Below are positions 1-13,980 of a DNA stretch of 64,000 nucleotides, in pieces. The notes under the pieces were generated by a model that did not search any database, was not told the DNA's origin, and saw only the letters and a program-made list of their open reading frames with translations. Origin of the DNA: the human T2T-CHM13v2.0 reference genome, Homo sapiens. The translations under genes and the position numbers were made by a program. Location of the stretch: assembly GCF_009914755.1 (NCBI RefSeq), contig NC_060928.1; one strand, 5' to 3'. Every line of letters begins with the position of its first letter. The first letter of the stretch is position 1.

Positions 1-200
1 GAGGAAAAATTGTATGGCTCCTATGGATACGTCTCAAAGTATTCTAGGAAGCAAGTTGTTCCCATTGTGCAGTTATTGCTTTGACATCTGGCCTTCCTTA
101 CTTACCTCTGCTACAGAAAGAATCCAGAATGACTTGTAAGGCTGGTAAACCCAGTGATTCTTGGAATACTTTTTCAAGAATGCTCCTCCAGGAATGCTCT

Positions 201-478
201 TGGAGTCTCACTCTGTAGCCCAAGCTTGAGTGCAGTCGTGTGATCCTGGCTCACTGCAACCTCCGCCCCCTGGGCTCAAGGGATTCTCATGCTTCAGCCT
301 CCTGAATAGCTGGAATTATAGGTGCCCGCCACAACGCCTGGCTAAGTTTTTGTATTTTACTAGAGACGGGGTTTCACCATGTTGCCCAAGGTGGTCTTGA
401 ACTCCTGAGCTCAGGCGATGTGCCCGCCTTGGCCTCCCAAAGTGCTGGGATTACAGGCATCAGCCACTGCACCCGGCC
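201..478 (-). mobile_element. Alu (tail missing)
   Basis: Alu consensus reverse complement ending ...cactgcacccggcc. Confidence 0.92.
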
Positions 479-959
479 TGAAAACACATTTTCTTAATGG
501 GACTAAACTTTTCTAGCTGAATTGATCTATTTTAAAACTTGCCAATGAAAGCTCCTTAGTAGTATCTGCTAATTAAATGCAGTTTTTATACCTAACGGAC
601 CTTTTAAAGAATGTGTGCACTTTGCAAACCCCATTGCTTCTTGCCGTATCTGAGCACTTGCCACCTGGTGGTAAGGAGACCATTCCATCTCCTTCACTAG
701 ATGGTAGCACCTGGAAGTCAGGGATCATTGCTGACTTATCTTGCCTCCCAACATTGATCATGCAGTAGGTGTGGATGAGAAAGAGGGAGATAAGGGAAGA
801 AAGGGGGCTGTGAATAAACGCTGTTGCTTTCTGCTTCCTTTTTAGGAGTTAAAAGTCTCTTCAGCTACCTGTTTAGGAGTATGAAAGCAAATCTAGGAAA
901 TGGCCTCTGCAGTTTTCCGAATATGACAAATCATTTAGTTTCCTAAGCTTGTTACTCTA

Positions 960-1195
960 CAGTGGGACTTCTCAACCTCTGCACTGTTGATATTGTGGCC
1001 TGGATGATTGTTTGTTGTGTGGCCTGCCCTGTGCATTATAGGGTGTTTAGTTAGCAGCAGCATCCTTGGTCTCTGCCCACTAGATGCCAGTAGTGCACCC
1101 CATCCCCAGCTGTGACAACAAAAATGTCTGCAGGCATTGCCAAGTGTGCCCTGGAGGCAAAATAGCCGCCCCCTAATTGAGATTGAGAACCGCTG
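960..1195 (-). mobile_element. MER20 hAT-Charlie DNA transposon
   Basis: TIR-like cagtgggacttctcaac / ttgagaaccgctg; internal ccactagatgccagtag and gtgacaacaaaaatgtct match MER20 as recalled. Confidence 0.85.
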
Positions 1196-3857
1196 CTGCA
1201 TAGGAGCTCCTGTCTGGGACAAATGCCCACCAGAGAAACCAGCAAGTAATAGAAATGTGGCTTTGGAAGGGAACTTAGAAATCATCTGGAATGTTGTATC
1301 CTGGAGAACTCCTCGCCCCACACCAGCGCCAGCACCCCTCCCCAACCCCCTACACCACCTCCACCTTTATACTTATGCTTTATACCTGCAGAACTATAAC
1401 CTAAGGGAAGGAATGAATATAAAAAAGAAAAAAATACAACTATATGAGGTAATACTGTTTAGGGCTTGTAGGGTTATTTGTTTTAAGTTTGCTTACAGAT
1501 CATGAACATGTGTCTACTTTCAGGTTACTCAAAATAAGAAAGCATAAGCTTATAGAAATAGGTCAGGGAGAAAAACACAGAAAAACTAATGTGCAGCACT
1601 ACTAAAAAAGAATTCAAGGTGTATGTTGAACATTTTTCAGATTAAAAAGAACTCACTGGAATGTGGCTGGATTGCTAGTATCGCCCTGTGGAGCTATCTG
1701 GGCTTCATATGAGGCTATTCTAAGTACATGCATCAAAAAAGAGATATAGAAGAGTATTTAAAGTAATGATAATTGGCCTTTTTCAAAAAATGACTTGCTT
1801 TCTAAACCTGAAAAATAGCCATCATGATACTAGAGAAATAGCTGAGATATTAATATTTCCTCTGTAGATTGTTTTGTTTTATAAGGGCATTTTGTGTCTT
1901 ACTAAGAAATCTCACATAAAAGTAAGAACACCAAATTAAATATTAGCTCTTGTGGTTATTTTAAGACTCATCTCAATAACCAAGAGAATTTGGTTCTCAC
2001 ACTTTGTACCTTTTGATTGTAAACAGCTTTAAACAGGTTTATGTTGTACTTCATCAAAAATTATAGAGGATCTGCAGACTGAGACGCATTGGGACTGAAA
2101 TTAGGCAATTCAGAGTTTCTCATGCATGTAAGCTGCTTTTATTTTGATCCCTATCATTCTTAGTCTGTCTTTTCAAATATTCTACTGGAAGGACTGTTGT
2201 GAGTTGAGGGCAAAGGAGAAAATGGCAGGGTCTCGAGCCACCAGGCCTCATAATACCTGCTCTTTGAGGTAGAGTAAAAGCTAACTGATGAATGTTTTCC
2301 AGAATAATATTTAGATTTAGTCTGGTGGTTTTTTTTTTTTTCTTGTTTTGTTTGCTTTGGTTTAAGCTCAATACAGTCACATCTGAATTTACACAACAAA
2401 AATGTTTCCGAAAAGTTGTGGATGAATCCATTTTTAATAAGCCAAGTACTATAAAAAGCATCAGAAGAACTTGTTAACTGAACTTATCCTAATGTTCTGA
2501 TCACCTGTTTCTTTTAATAGACATAGTGGTTGCAACAATGCTTTGATTAGTTCCTTTTTGGAAGCTGGCTTTTGTTGGGGGGAGGGTTTTTGTTTCTTGT
2601 ATCTTAAACTTGACACCTTGATTCTCATTGAAAAAACTTTCAACCATGTATGGTTGGTGATTTGTTGAAATTTATAACTGAAAATCTGCCACTCTGCTTT
2701 TAGTATTTGAAATGCCTTGGCAGGGAGACGTTTTTCTCAGAACAGATCTTTTGGAGGACCTCAGGAAGTTAATTATTCTGGCAAGAAGTTCTTTTTGAAC
2801 TTTTTTGGATCATTATGATATTATGCTAATTTATCTAAAAAATGGATTCTAAGTTGAATAACTGTATAGTCCTGGCAGATAAGAGCATGTCAGATGTCTT
2901 GGCACAGTTTGGGGACAGAGGGGACTTTCCCACTTCTTTATGTAATCCACCATCATAATGTGGGAGTTTTATGAAATTTCTTCTGTTATACAGAAATACT
3001 TAGCTTTTTAGGCCGTATGTGCTGCTCAGTGAAAACAAGCTCTGTGTATGTCTGTATATGTTTAAATGAAATGAAAAAGAGAAGTGAAATCCAAGAAATT
3101 TCTGGTTTGCAGTGGTGATTATTTTTAGCCACGTTCATGTGTTTTAAACAATCCCTTTTAGGTCTGTTGAATGTAGCTTGGAACAGAACGTCCCATAGAA
3201 ATGATAGTATAGTACACGTGGTGGCAAAGTTTCCATATTAGCCCTCAAAGATTATTTAACTCATCATATACTCACACGCTTTGCCGTACAAGGGGCAATG
3301 ATGTATAGCGTATAAAAACACTGTTTAATAATACTCAACCTACAGCAACTTTCAATACTAAGAATGAAATAAAATTGAAAAATTGTAAAAATGCATAAGG
3401 ATAAATTTTGTTTCTCTGAAAAGGTTGCTTTTGAGGAAAAGTAGTTTTAAAGAGACTTGGTGGTGTGGTAGAAGAACTCCCAGCAGACCTGAAGATGTAG
3501 CAGATGTATAGCAGTTTGGGCATCTTGGACAAGTAAATCATACTCGCAAGCCTCAGTTTCTTTTAATGTCATGGGGATAGTTGTGTGGATCAGAGCAGAA
3601 TTTGTGTGAAGGTGATTTGCAAACTGTAAAGTCCTATGCAAATATACAATATATGTTCTGGTTCTTTTCTTAATTATGAAAATCTTGTATCCTGGCCTTT
3701 TTCTTGACACTCATATATTAGTAACAAAAATCTTTATGCTTAGCAACAATTAGTAAGGTCCTATTTCGCTCACAAATACAATAAATGCATGTTATTTTGA
3801 CCTACATGGATGATAGAAACATTTGCTTTTTTGTGACAGCCTATTGGAACTTCCAAA

Positions 3858-3860
<3 letters not shown>

Positions 3861-3902
<42 letters not shown>
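3861..3902. repeat. (TC)21 microsatellite
   Basis: Perfect dinucleotide run. Confidence 0.97.
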
Positions 3903-3905
<3 letters not shown>

Positions 3906-4810
3906 TTTCTAGTCTCTAAACCTCTCTTGTTTTTTCTTTGTCTGAGTATCTTTCTGAACCACCGTCTCAAGTTTCAGGTTATACGACAGAGCTCATACTC
4001 CAAGCCCTGGCCTCTCTCTGACCTTGTGCCTCTGGCCTGGGACAAGCTTCACACTGCCAGACTCTGCAGCTGACCCTTTGTATCTCCCAGTAGTCTGAGC
4101 AGCATTCATTTGCTCAAGGTCTCACCAGAGACCAAACAGGGGCAGCCTCTCTGGAGAGACCATGGCCTCCCAACAGTATTTTTGATGTCAGTGGCCTAGC
4201 CTTAGGCCCCGAAGCCAGGAACTAGATGTGATAGGGGCCAAATCCCCCAAACCCGAGGAGCTTTTCTGGTAGAAAATGTGTTATGAAAAAAAGGGGGACT
4301 CAGTGGCCATTGCAGACCAAAGCCTCATTCATTGAGGTGGGGTAGGGGTTGCTGGGGACTACAATTCAGAGTTATATATGTAACAGAGTTATGCATATAA
4401 TTCAGCAAACAAAGAGGCAAGTTGAAAAGGGTTTATTAAAGTATTAATGTTTGTGTCAAATGTATAAAATTCAGGAAACAGGCAGAGCAATAACATTTAA
4501 TGTTGGAAGAGGACTTAGAGATACAAAAAATAGAGTTTATTCATTCTGGAGCAGAGAAATCTTAAGCCGGATAGGTTAACTGATTTGCAAGTGTCTCCTG
4601 CCTTCCAATCCTGCATCCTTAAGGATATCCTTAAGATGATACATCTGGGTTTTGCGATGCTCTGTTCTCCAGGTACGGTTAGCAGTGATTTTGCATAACT
4701 ATGTGCTGAGACCCTAGGATCTAACAAACTATAAAGGTTAGAAATGAAATATGAGGTAGCCTACTATATCAGCCACCTCTGATTCCCTTCTCCCACCACA
4801 GGGAGAATTA

Positions 4811-5113
4811 GATTGACCGGCTGATCGATTGCTTGATTGAGACAGGATCTTGCTCTGTCACCCAAGCTAGCCTGCAGTGATCTCCACTCACTGCAGCCTC
4901 GACCTCCTGGGCTCAAGTGATCTTCCCACCTCAGTCTCCTGAGTAGCTGGCACTACATGTGCACACCACAGTGCCCGGCTAATTTTTTGTATGTTTTGTA
5001 GAGACAGGATTTTGCCATGTTGCCCAGGCTGGCCTTGAACTCCTGGGCTCAAGCTATCCTGCCTTGGCCTCTCAAAGTGCTGGGATGACAGATGTGAGCC
5101 ACTGTGCCTGGCC
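4811..5113 (-). mobile_element. AluJ with degenerate (GATT)n tail
   Basis: Alu reverse complement with J-type motif ctcctgggctcaag. Confidence 0.9.
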
Positions 5114-5337
5114 AGTAATATGTATTAAGTAAGGTAATTTGTAGGAGCTTAGAGAGAACCAGCAATATGACACAGTTTCTGCTCTTTTGGGGCTTACAAT
5201 ACAGTATTATATCATCAGAGGGGGTCCATTCTGAACCATACCTTGAATTAGGCATTAGCATACTAGATTCTAATTTTGTTTCTTCCATTGAATTTCTAAC
5301 GTGGACCCTGGTTAAGTCTAAGAGATCATTTAAATCG

Positions 5338-5417
5338 TGGGCCTCAGTTTTTTTATTCATAAAATGAGAATATTGACATGGGCCTCAGTTTTTTTATTCA
5401 TAAAATGAGAATATTGA
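5338..5417. repeat. 41-bp tandem duplication within a MIR core
   Basis: tgggcctcagtttttttattcataaaatgagaatattga occurs at 5338 and 5379. Confidence 0.93.
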
Positions 5418-5761
5418 ATCTTGAAACCCTGTTATTTTTACATTCTGTGTACAAAAGTCTCATGGTACTATCTTTAATTTTACTTATCAGATTTTGAATC
5501 TCTAGTGCTCTTTTTATTTCAAGATATTCTTAGCCAAGCTATAAAATCAAACTAATTTATATGCTGTTATGAGGCAACTTAGCAATTCATATAACCACAG
5601 GCTAGAGAAAGTTTGGACATATATAATGGTTCATTTCTTCAATTTTAAGGCAGAACTACATCCCAAGCTTATGTAAAATAATTTGAATTATTATATATTC
5701 CCATAGTTCTGCCTCAAATAAAATATAACTGTTTTTGAAAATTCAAAGACTTAGAAAGTAA

Positions 5762-5995
<234 letters not shown>

Positions 5996-6659
5996 TAATA
6001 TGATTTGCAGATGTTTAGTTTATGTACACCAGAAAGAAATAGTTACGTATATTTACAGTTCATGGTTCTCTGCAGCAGCGCTGAGTGTATGCCAGATATG
6101 CTTTCCGTTAACTAATTGTAGGGATTTTCTGTGGGTTGAGAGTTTTTTTGCTGTTGTGTTGGAATTTTACTGACCTATCTTTCCTCCCTCTCCATGTTCT
6201 TCCCAGTAGTTCAAATAGCATTCATATGTAAAATGACTGGTTAAAATATGGGAGATCATCTCTGGCTGTTGGAGAAGTCACCCATTTAGGGGATCAACCT
6301 GTGACTGAGGAGGCAGGACACTTTCTGTAGTGGGAGGAACATGGGCCACATACAAACAGATTTAGTTCAAATGCCAGTGCTACCTCTCCCTTGCATTAAG
6401 CAAGTTACTGAAACCTTCAGAATCTAGTTTTCATCTGTAATATAGGAATAATGATGATAATGCTTATATCACCAGGGAATTTGTCTTTCTGAAAGGGCTA
6501 GCACACAGTAGGTATTCAATGCAAGTTAGCTTTTGCCCTTGCCTTCAAATCCAGGGAACACATGGCAGCAACAAGACTGTAGCCCTGGGAGTTGCTATGT
6601 CTGCAGCCTCTTTAAGGTGTTAGGCAGACAGGATGTAAGCACTAGAAAGATTCAGTATG

Positions 6660-6855
6660 GTATCACCGGCTGTAGTGGTTCAGCCCTTGGCCTCTGTAGC
6701 CCAAGAGCCAGTGTTCGGGTCTACTAACTCTGTGCTCTTGAAATGTCTCCTACTTTTAAGTCAGTTTCCTTATCTGTAAACTGAGACTAATGGCATTTAC
6801 CTAATTGGGTCGTTGGAGATCAAGTACCTTAATTGATATAAAGTGCTTAGAACAG
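6660..6855 (+). mobile_element. MIR SINE
   Basis: Core tcagtttccttatctgtaaa and end ataaagtgcttagaacag. Confidence 0.7.
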
Positions 6856-9020
6856 TCCCTGGGAGGTGGTATTTTGCTCCAGTCTGTTATAGGGAGGATC
6901 ATTTTGTTGTTAGAGTTCAGTGAAGACCGTTTTTTAAAATCGTGTGGAATGACTATAGGCATTATAAAGACAACTGAAGAAGCTCTTGTTTCTGAACAGT
7001 ACTTGGCCAGTTTCTTTAACAGGAGATGGCTTTGCTTTTAGAAGCCTGCCCCAGAGTCTTCCATCTCTTCCACTCTCCCTGCACGTCCGCTCTGTATGGC
7101 TTTTGTTATTAATGTGGAGCAGTTGAAGTCACTGACTTGGGTGCAGGCCAGGCCAGCATTACTGAGGTCATATATTACTTTCCTAGACTCTAGTCATGAA
7201 CAGGATGTTGGAAGTCAGAGGTACAGAGAAGCTGCCTTTTTAGGCCGCTCACATGAAAGGTGTGTTTGCTTTCCTCAATCATTTTTATACTAATAGATTG
7301 GAATCTTATTCAGTATCTTGGTAGCATTTTTTTCTTTTACTCTACAACCTTTATGCCGCCAGGCTGTCATTTGGCTTATTCTTTGGTTAGACAGACTAAT
7401 GCTGTTTTGTTATGCACTTTCTTCATTGTTATTTCATTGTTGAAACATCTCTTCCTCGGTTAACTAAATATTTATTTAAGGCAGGTAGAATTTCTCAGTG
7501 AAGCTGTATATTTGTTTAGGTATTATAGATATATTCTAAAACATTTAGGGATTATTCAGTCTATATATTTTTTTCTCTTGGAAATGAAATAATACTGTGG
7601 AGAAAGTATTCATTGAAATAACAAGTGAAAGTGTGTTTCCCTCAGGAATAGTGTAAAAAGAACTTGCTTTTATTTTCTGCTTTGCTTTTGTATTTGGGAC
7701 TTGGGGAAACTATGCTTTTGTTATTTTGGAAAAGCAATGGAATTTTATCAGACATTTTCCTGAAACTCCCTACTTTCTCTTTTTCCTGAAATACTACCTT
7801 CAAAGTCCTGTTTTGCTCTGTTAGGAGGTTCCATCATTCAAAAAGTGAAAGAGCTTGGTTAGTTGAGGTTATTTTGTTGATCTGTTGGCTTTAAAGAAAG
7901 AAGAGACTGTCAGAGAAAGTCTGAGAAACAACACTTGGAGGATCATATGACCAATAGTGTGAAACTGAGGACGCTGATTTGTTAGCTTGAGCAGTTAAGA
8001 CTTTTTTTTTTTCAATGTCTGCAAGTAAATACGTGGCCTCAGACCCTGTTATGCTTTATGATGGGTGAGAGTGCAGAGAAAGTAACGTTCTCCAGGTTTA
8101 AACTTTATTCTGACTCTGTTCCCTAATCGTGAGGATTTTTATGTTTTTTGTAACTGTTGTTGTGAAGTAGAAACTGATTTCTAGTTGACTTTGGCTATTA
8201 CTAAATTGTGACATGCATGCACTTCTTTTTAATTTAACAGTTGTTTTCTGCTGTTTTCTCAGTTTGAAAGTAGTAATTATGAATAAGAATTCCTAGAAAT
8301 ATTCTTCTTCCATAATGATATGTCACAGATGTTTGAGTGCTACACACACACTCCTCTCCATTTTTAAGTCAATTTAGTGGAGATAAAATGTAGATAATAG
8401 CTGTGTGTTGTAATGACTCTGGCCCACTCCCCAGAGGCTCTGTATTTCCATAAGTTATGGGACCCCTCTGATCTTTCTGAAATGGCCACCATCAGATCAT
8501 TGAGACTTGACATGCAGTTTAAAATGTGTGTTTCTGAGATTTCTATATATGATTTGGACACAGAATAACTTGTGCTGTTTCCAAAACCACATTCTTTGTC
8601 CTCTTATAGAACCCAATGAAAGGAGGAAGCTGTGCCTTAAATGTCATGTTCTTTATGCTTAGTTCCTTTAAAAATGTATACTTTTATCATTTGTTATAGT
8701 AGAAGATTTTGAAAATTCTGAGAAGTGTAAGAAAAGAAAAATTACTTGTAACTCTACTACTCAGAGAAAAACTGCTGTTAAAATATTGAGGTATTTACTT
8801 CCAGACTGATTTTTCTATACATATTTATATAGCTATATATAGTTATTCTTTTGTAAGAGTGACTATAAACTGTTTTGAAACTGGCTTTTTTAACATAACA
8901 ATATATGTGAGCACATTTTCCACATCCCCAAATATTTTTGAAAAATATTTCTTTTAAATATCTGCATAGTTTTGTACCCATTATAATTTGGCTCTGGAAG
9001 AAGTTCAAGATATGCCAAAT

Positions 9021-9385
<365 letters not shown>

Positions 9386-10614
9386 TTAAAAGGGAAATTG
9401 AGAACATGCTAACTTTGTGCTTTATTCAAGATAGACTTGTTTATTCTTTGCTGCATTTCTATAACAAAACATTTCAGCTGTATAATCCTTGGTATAGCAA
9501 TGACTAGTTATAATAATTAATTTTTAATTAGCTGTTCATGAAGTTTTCAAAACATCAACTTTTATCGCATTAAAAAAGTGAAATAATTTTGAAACATTTC
9601 TTTCCTTTAAATTTGAAGTAAGGTTAAAGTTTTTTGCAACCAAATTTGGGGTTCATCTACCATGGTAAGTTGGTGCTATTGGCTGTGCTATAATTTCAGG
9701 GTGAACTTGACTTTCCTTGAGTTTCCAGGCTGTACAGGACAGGAAAGGCTGTGGCCGTCAGGGAAATGGAGCCAGATGGTCCTCATGATCGATGCCAAGC
9801 TCCCAACAGAGACAAATGCTACACCCGACAGACTAGGGGCAACAGCACATGTTAGGGTGATTGCTCACCCTTTCCTGGAGAGGGGAGAGCTCTTCCCTTC
9901 TGCTGGTGTATTTTGCAGCTAGTTTTTGCAGGCTCTGTTCAGTCTGGTGTAGCAAGTGTCCAGGCAGTTAACTTCTAATGGGCAGTGAAGGAGGAGGTGA
10001 TGGCAGTAGCTGGGGCCGAGTTGGCAGCTAGTAGGGCTGTCTGATGAAATCCACATTTTGGCATCCTTGAAGTCTTTCAAAGGAATCTGACTAAGTCACT
10101 TAACCTTGTGTCATTTTGGTTTACTTGGCTTTTAAAGGGTAGTGGTAATTAAACCAATGGGAGCCATTAGTTAGTAGATCTTAGTGGCAGTTTTCAGTTT
10201 AAAAATGGAAACCTACAGTCACAGAGCCATTGACTCGTAATAACACAGTGGCTTGTCCTTGACCCAAGGGAGTTGATTTGGGGAAATGAACATATCTGAG
10301 AGTCCTGTGTCCTGAGTTTATATATCAGCATAGCTACTTAGGAGCAGTATCACTTTGGGCATATTTCTTAACCTCTCTGAATCTCCTCTGTAAAAATAAT
10401 CATAATTCTTCAAAACATAAGTGAGAGCTTATATTTTATATAAGTATGTGGCACAGTTATTAGTTCCTCACTAGATATTAATTAGTTCCTATGAAAATGA
10501 TAGATTAGTGCCAAGTCATCTGACCTCCCTGTGTAGGCTTATTATTGATCACTGGGGGTCTGTAGCCCTGGAACAGTGTTTTCTTTTCTGAATTAATTAC
10601 AGCCTCATGTACTG

Positions 10615-11000
10615 AGCTAAACTCGAATATGCAAATCTTTATGAAAAGATGCCCAAAATACAGTGACTTAAACAAGTTAAGAGGTTGTTGGTGCTTTCCT
10701 CCTCTCAGAAGAGCTCAAGGGATCCATACTGATTCAGGACTAGCATGGTACTTCAATAGAAAAATTCCTTCCTCTCGTTTCTCTGCCATCTTGAGAGAGT
10801 TGCCCTCATCTTCACAGTCAAAGATGGCTCACCATGATCTCATTTCAGCCCAAGGGAAAGGAGATGATCTACAAGTTGTACAGATCATTTTCATTTACAT
10901 CCTATTGGCCAGAACATGACCACAGCAAGCTTCAAGGGAGGCTGGGAAATAAAATGTTAGCCAGCAGACACCCTGCTAGAGCTTCTGTTACTATAGAACA
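10615..11000. mobile_element. MLT1-type MaLR LTR remnant
   Basis: cccaaaatacagtgacttaaaca.. and cctattggccagaac..cacagcaagcttcaagggaggctgggaaat motifs typical of MLT1. Confidence 0.6.
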
Positions 11001-11086
11001 AGATCAGCAAACAGTGGTCTGAGTGCCAAGTCAGCCAGCCAGAAATTATTTACAAATTAAGTATAGTTTGTAAATAAAAGTGTATT

Positions 11087-11374
11087 GGCCGGTTATGGTA
11101 GCTCATGCCTGTAACCCCAGCTCTTGGGGAGGTCAAGGCAGGAGGATAGCTTGAGCCCAGGAGTTCAAGACAAGCCGGAGCAACATGGTGAAACCCTGTT
11201 TATACAAAAATTTAAAAAAAACTAACCAGGCGTGGCTGTGCGCACCTGTCGTCCCAGCTATTTGGGAGACTGAGATGGGAGGATCAGTTTAGCCCAGGAG
11301 GTCAAGACTGCAGTGAGCCATGATCACGCCACTGCACTCCAGCCTGGGCAACAGAGTGATAAATAAATAAAAAT
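11087..11374 (+). mobile_element. AluJ inserted in MER58A
   Basis: Full-length; TSD aaagtgtatt on both sides. Confidence 0.92.
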
Positions 11375-11444
11375 TAAAGTGTATTGGAACACAGATGTGC
11401 CCATTTGTTTATAAATTACCTGCTTTCACATGGCAGTGGAAGAG

Positions 11445-12094
11445 TTGAGTATCCAAAATGCATGGGACCAGAAGTATTTCCGATTTCAGATTTTTTTGGG
11501 ATTTTGGAATATTTGTGAATACGTAATGAGATACCTTGGAGAAGAGAGTAAAGTCTAATATGAAATTTATGTTTCATGTACACCATATGCATAGCCTGAA
11601 GGCAATTTTATATAAATAATATTTTTTATTTTTAAGACAGAGTCCTATTCTGTCACCCAGGCTGGAGTGGCAGTGGTGTGATCATGGTTCACTGTAGCTT
11701 TGACCTCTTGGGCACAAGTGATTCTCCCACTTCAGCCTCCCCAGTAGCTGGGACTAAAGGCATGCACTACCATGCCCAACTAATTTTTTGATTTTTTATA
11801 GGGATGAAGTCTTGCTACATTGCCCAGGCTAGTTTCAAACTTCTGGGCTCAAGCAATCCATCTACCTCACCTTCCCAAAATGCTAGGTTTACAGGCATGA
11901 GCCACTGCGCCTGGCCCAATTTTATACAATATTTTAAATAATTTTGTATATGAAACAAATTTTGATTGTGTTTTGACTGCAACCTGTCAAATGAGGTCAG
12001 GTATGTGAATTCTCATTTGTAGTGTTGTGTCAGTGCCCAGAAAGTGTCAGATTTTAGAAGATTTTGGATTTTCAGATTAGTAATACACAACATG
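11445..12094. mobile_element. Tigger4-type (Zombi/MER46) TcMar element, split by an Alu
   Basis: gttgagtatccaaaatgcatgggaccagaagtatttccgatttcagattttt ... ggattttcagattagtaatacacaacatg followed by TA. Confidence 0.75.
11622..11916 (-). mobile_element. AluJ inserted in Tigger4
   Basis: Full-length; TSD caattttata on both sides. Confidence 0.92.
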
Positions 12095-12346
12095 TAGTTG
12101 CTGCAGAGATCATATGGCCTGCAAAACCTAAAGTATTTATTATCTTGCCCTTTACAGAAGATTTTTTTGTTGATGTCTACTGTAGACAATGGGGAAATGA
12201 ACATGGGAGGAGCAACTGGTAGTCTCTGCCACAGTAAAGAGAATGATAAGAAGGGTGAATCACTGCCTTTGAAATGTAGAGTTAGAACTTTGTACTTAGG
12301 CATACTAGTGGCCCATGGGGCAGTGAGTTGGTATGCAGGTGATTGG

Positions 12347-12657
<311 letters not shown>

Positions 12658-13605
12658 CAAGTGATTGTTGAAGAAGCAATGTTCAGGGACAGATTTGAGG
12701 AGCCAGGCATGAAGTAGCCTGGTGGAGGTAAAGGGATGAAGGCACAGAAGGCTGCTTACTGACGTGAGCTTCCATCTTTAAAGTGGAGCATCCTAACTCC
12801 TGGACTTTTCCCTCTTCCTGCAGCTCACTGCTCTGTCTTGCATTCGATTCTTGCTTATCAGCAGTGCCACCCCTGTAGGTCAGACTCTTTCCTCCCATTG
12901 ACTTCTTACGGGTCTCCCTGCCTGGACATTCACCCTCCTCCACAGTCACCTCCTCTAAGTGTGGCTCTTATATTAGTCCCATCTCAAGAACTTCCAAGGA
13001 GTCCCTGTTACCTACTCAGTAAAGCCAAGCCTCTAAGGTCCTCCCGCTCCTTGATCCTGATCTTGATCCTATCCTGTCTTCCTTCACAGTCTTACACACA
13101 CCCTAGATTCCAGCCCAACAGAAACACCTTGTGCCTGCGCTGTACTTTGCCACCACCACGTATTTGCTGTTGTCTCCTTGCTTCTGTCCAAAGGGTTTGG
13201 GGATTTGGGACTATGGCTTAGCACATGGTAGAACATTCATGGCTGGGCAGAGGGGGTTTCTGACTTTGTTTTGGCATCTCTCTACATCTGTATTTCCCTC
13301 TCCAGCCCCTACCCCCTTCCCTTACAACCTAAGGATAAGCGCTCCCTTTTTGAATGCTCCCTTTTTTAATTATACCAAGTACTATATATAACTCCCAAGG
13401 CACTTACTGCTTTCTGTGTGGGATTATAGTTATTCCATGTATGTTTCTAATCTTCTTGCAGAGAAAGAATCTGAGGCCAAGTCCAGATCTGACTGATCAG
13501 TTTCATCTAGTAGGTGCCTAGTGGCTATTTTGTTGATCAGTGTTGCAATGATGGTGTCTACAAACAGTGCTACCTACAATTTAGTGTGTTTCACTAAAAA
13601 TGTAA

Positions 13606-13980
<375 letters not shown>

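Larger units (their letters stand above)
11003..12165 (-). mobile_element. MER58A (hAT-Charlie), split by nested insertions
   Basis: Collinear pieces at ~11003-11086, ~11387-11451 and ~12095-12165 (catatggcctgcaaaacctaaagtatttattatcttgccctttacag). Confidence 0.75.

Noticed and set aside
935-1505. Overlapping 136-aa and 122-aa ORFs
   Set aside because: Largely MER20-derived and low-complexity, with no recognisable domain or splice context.
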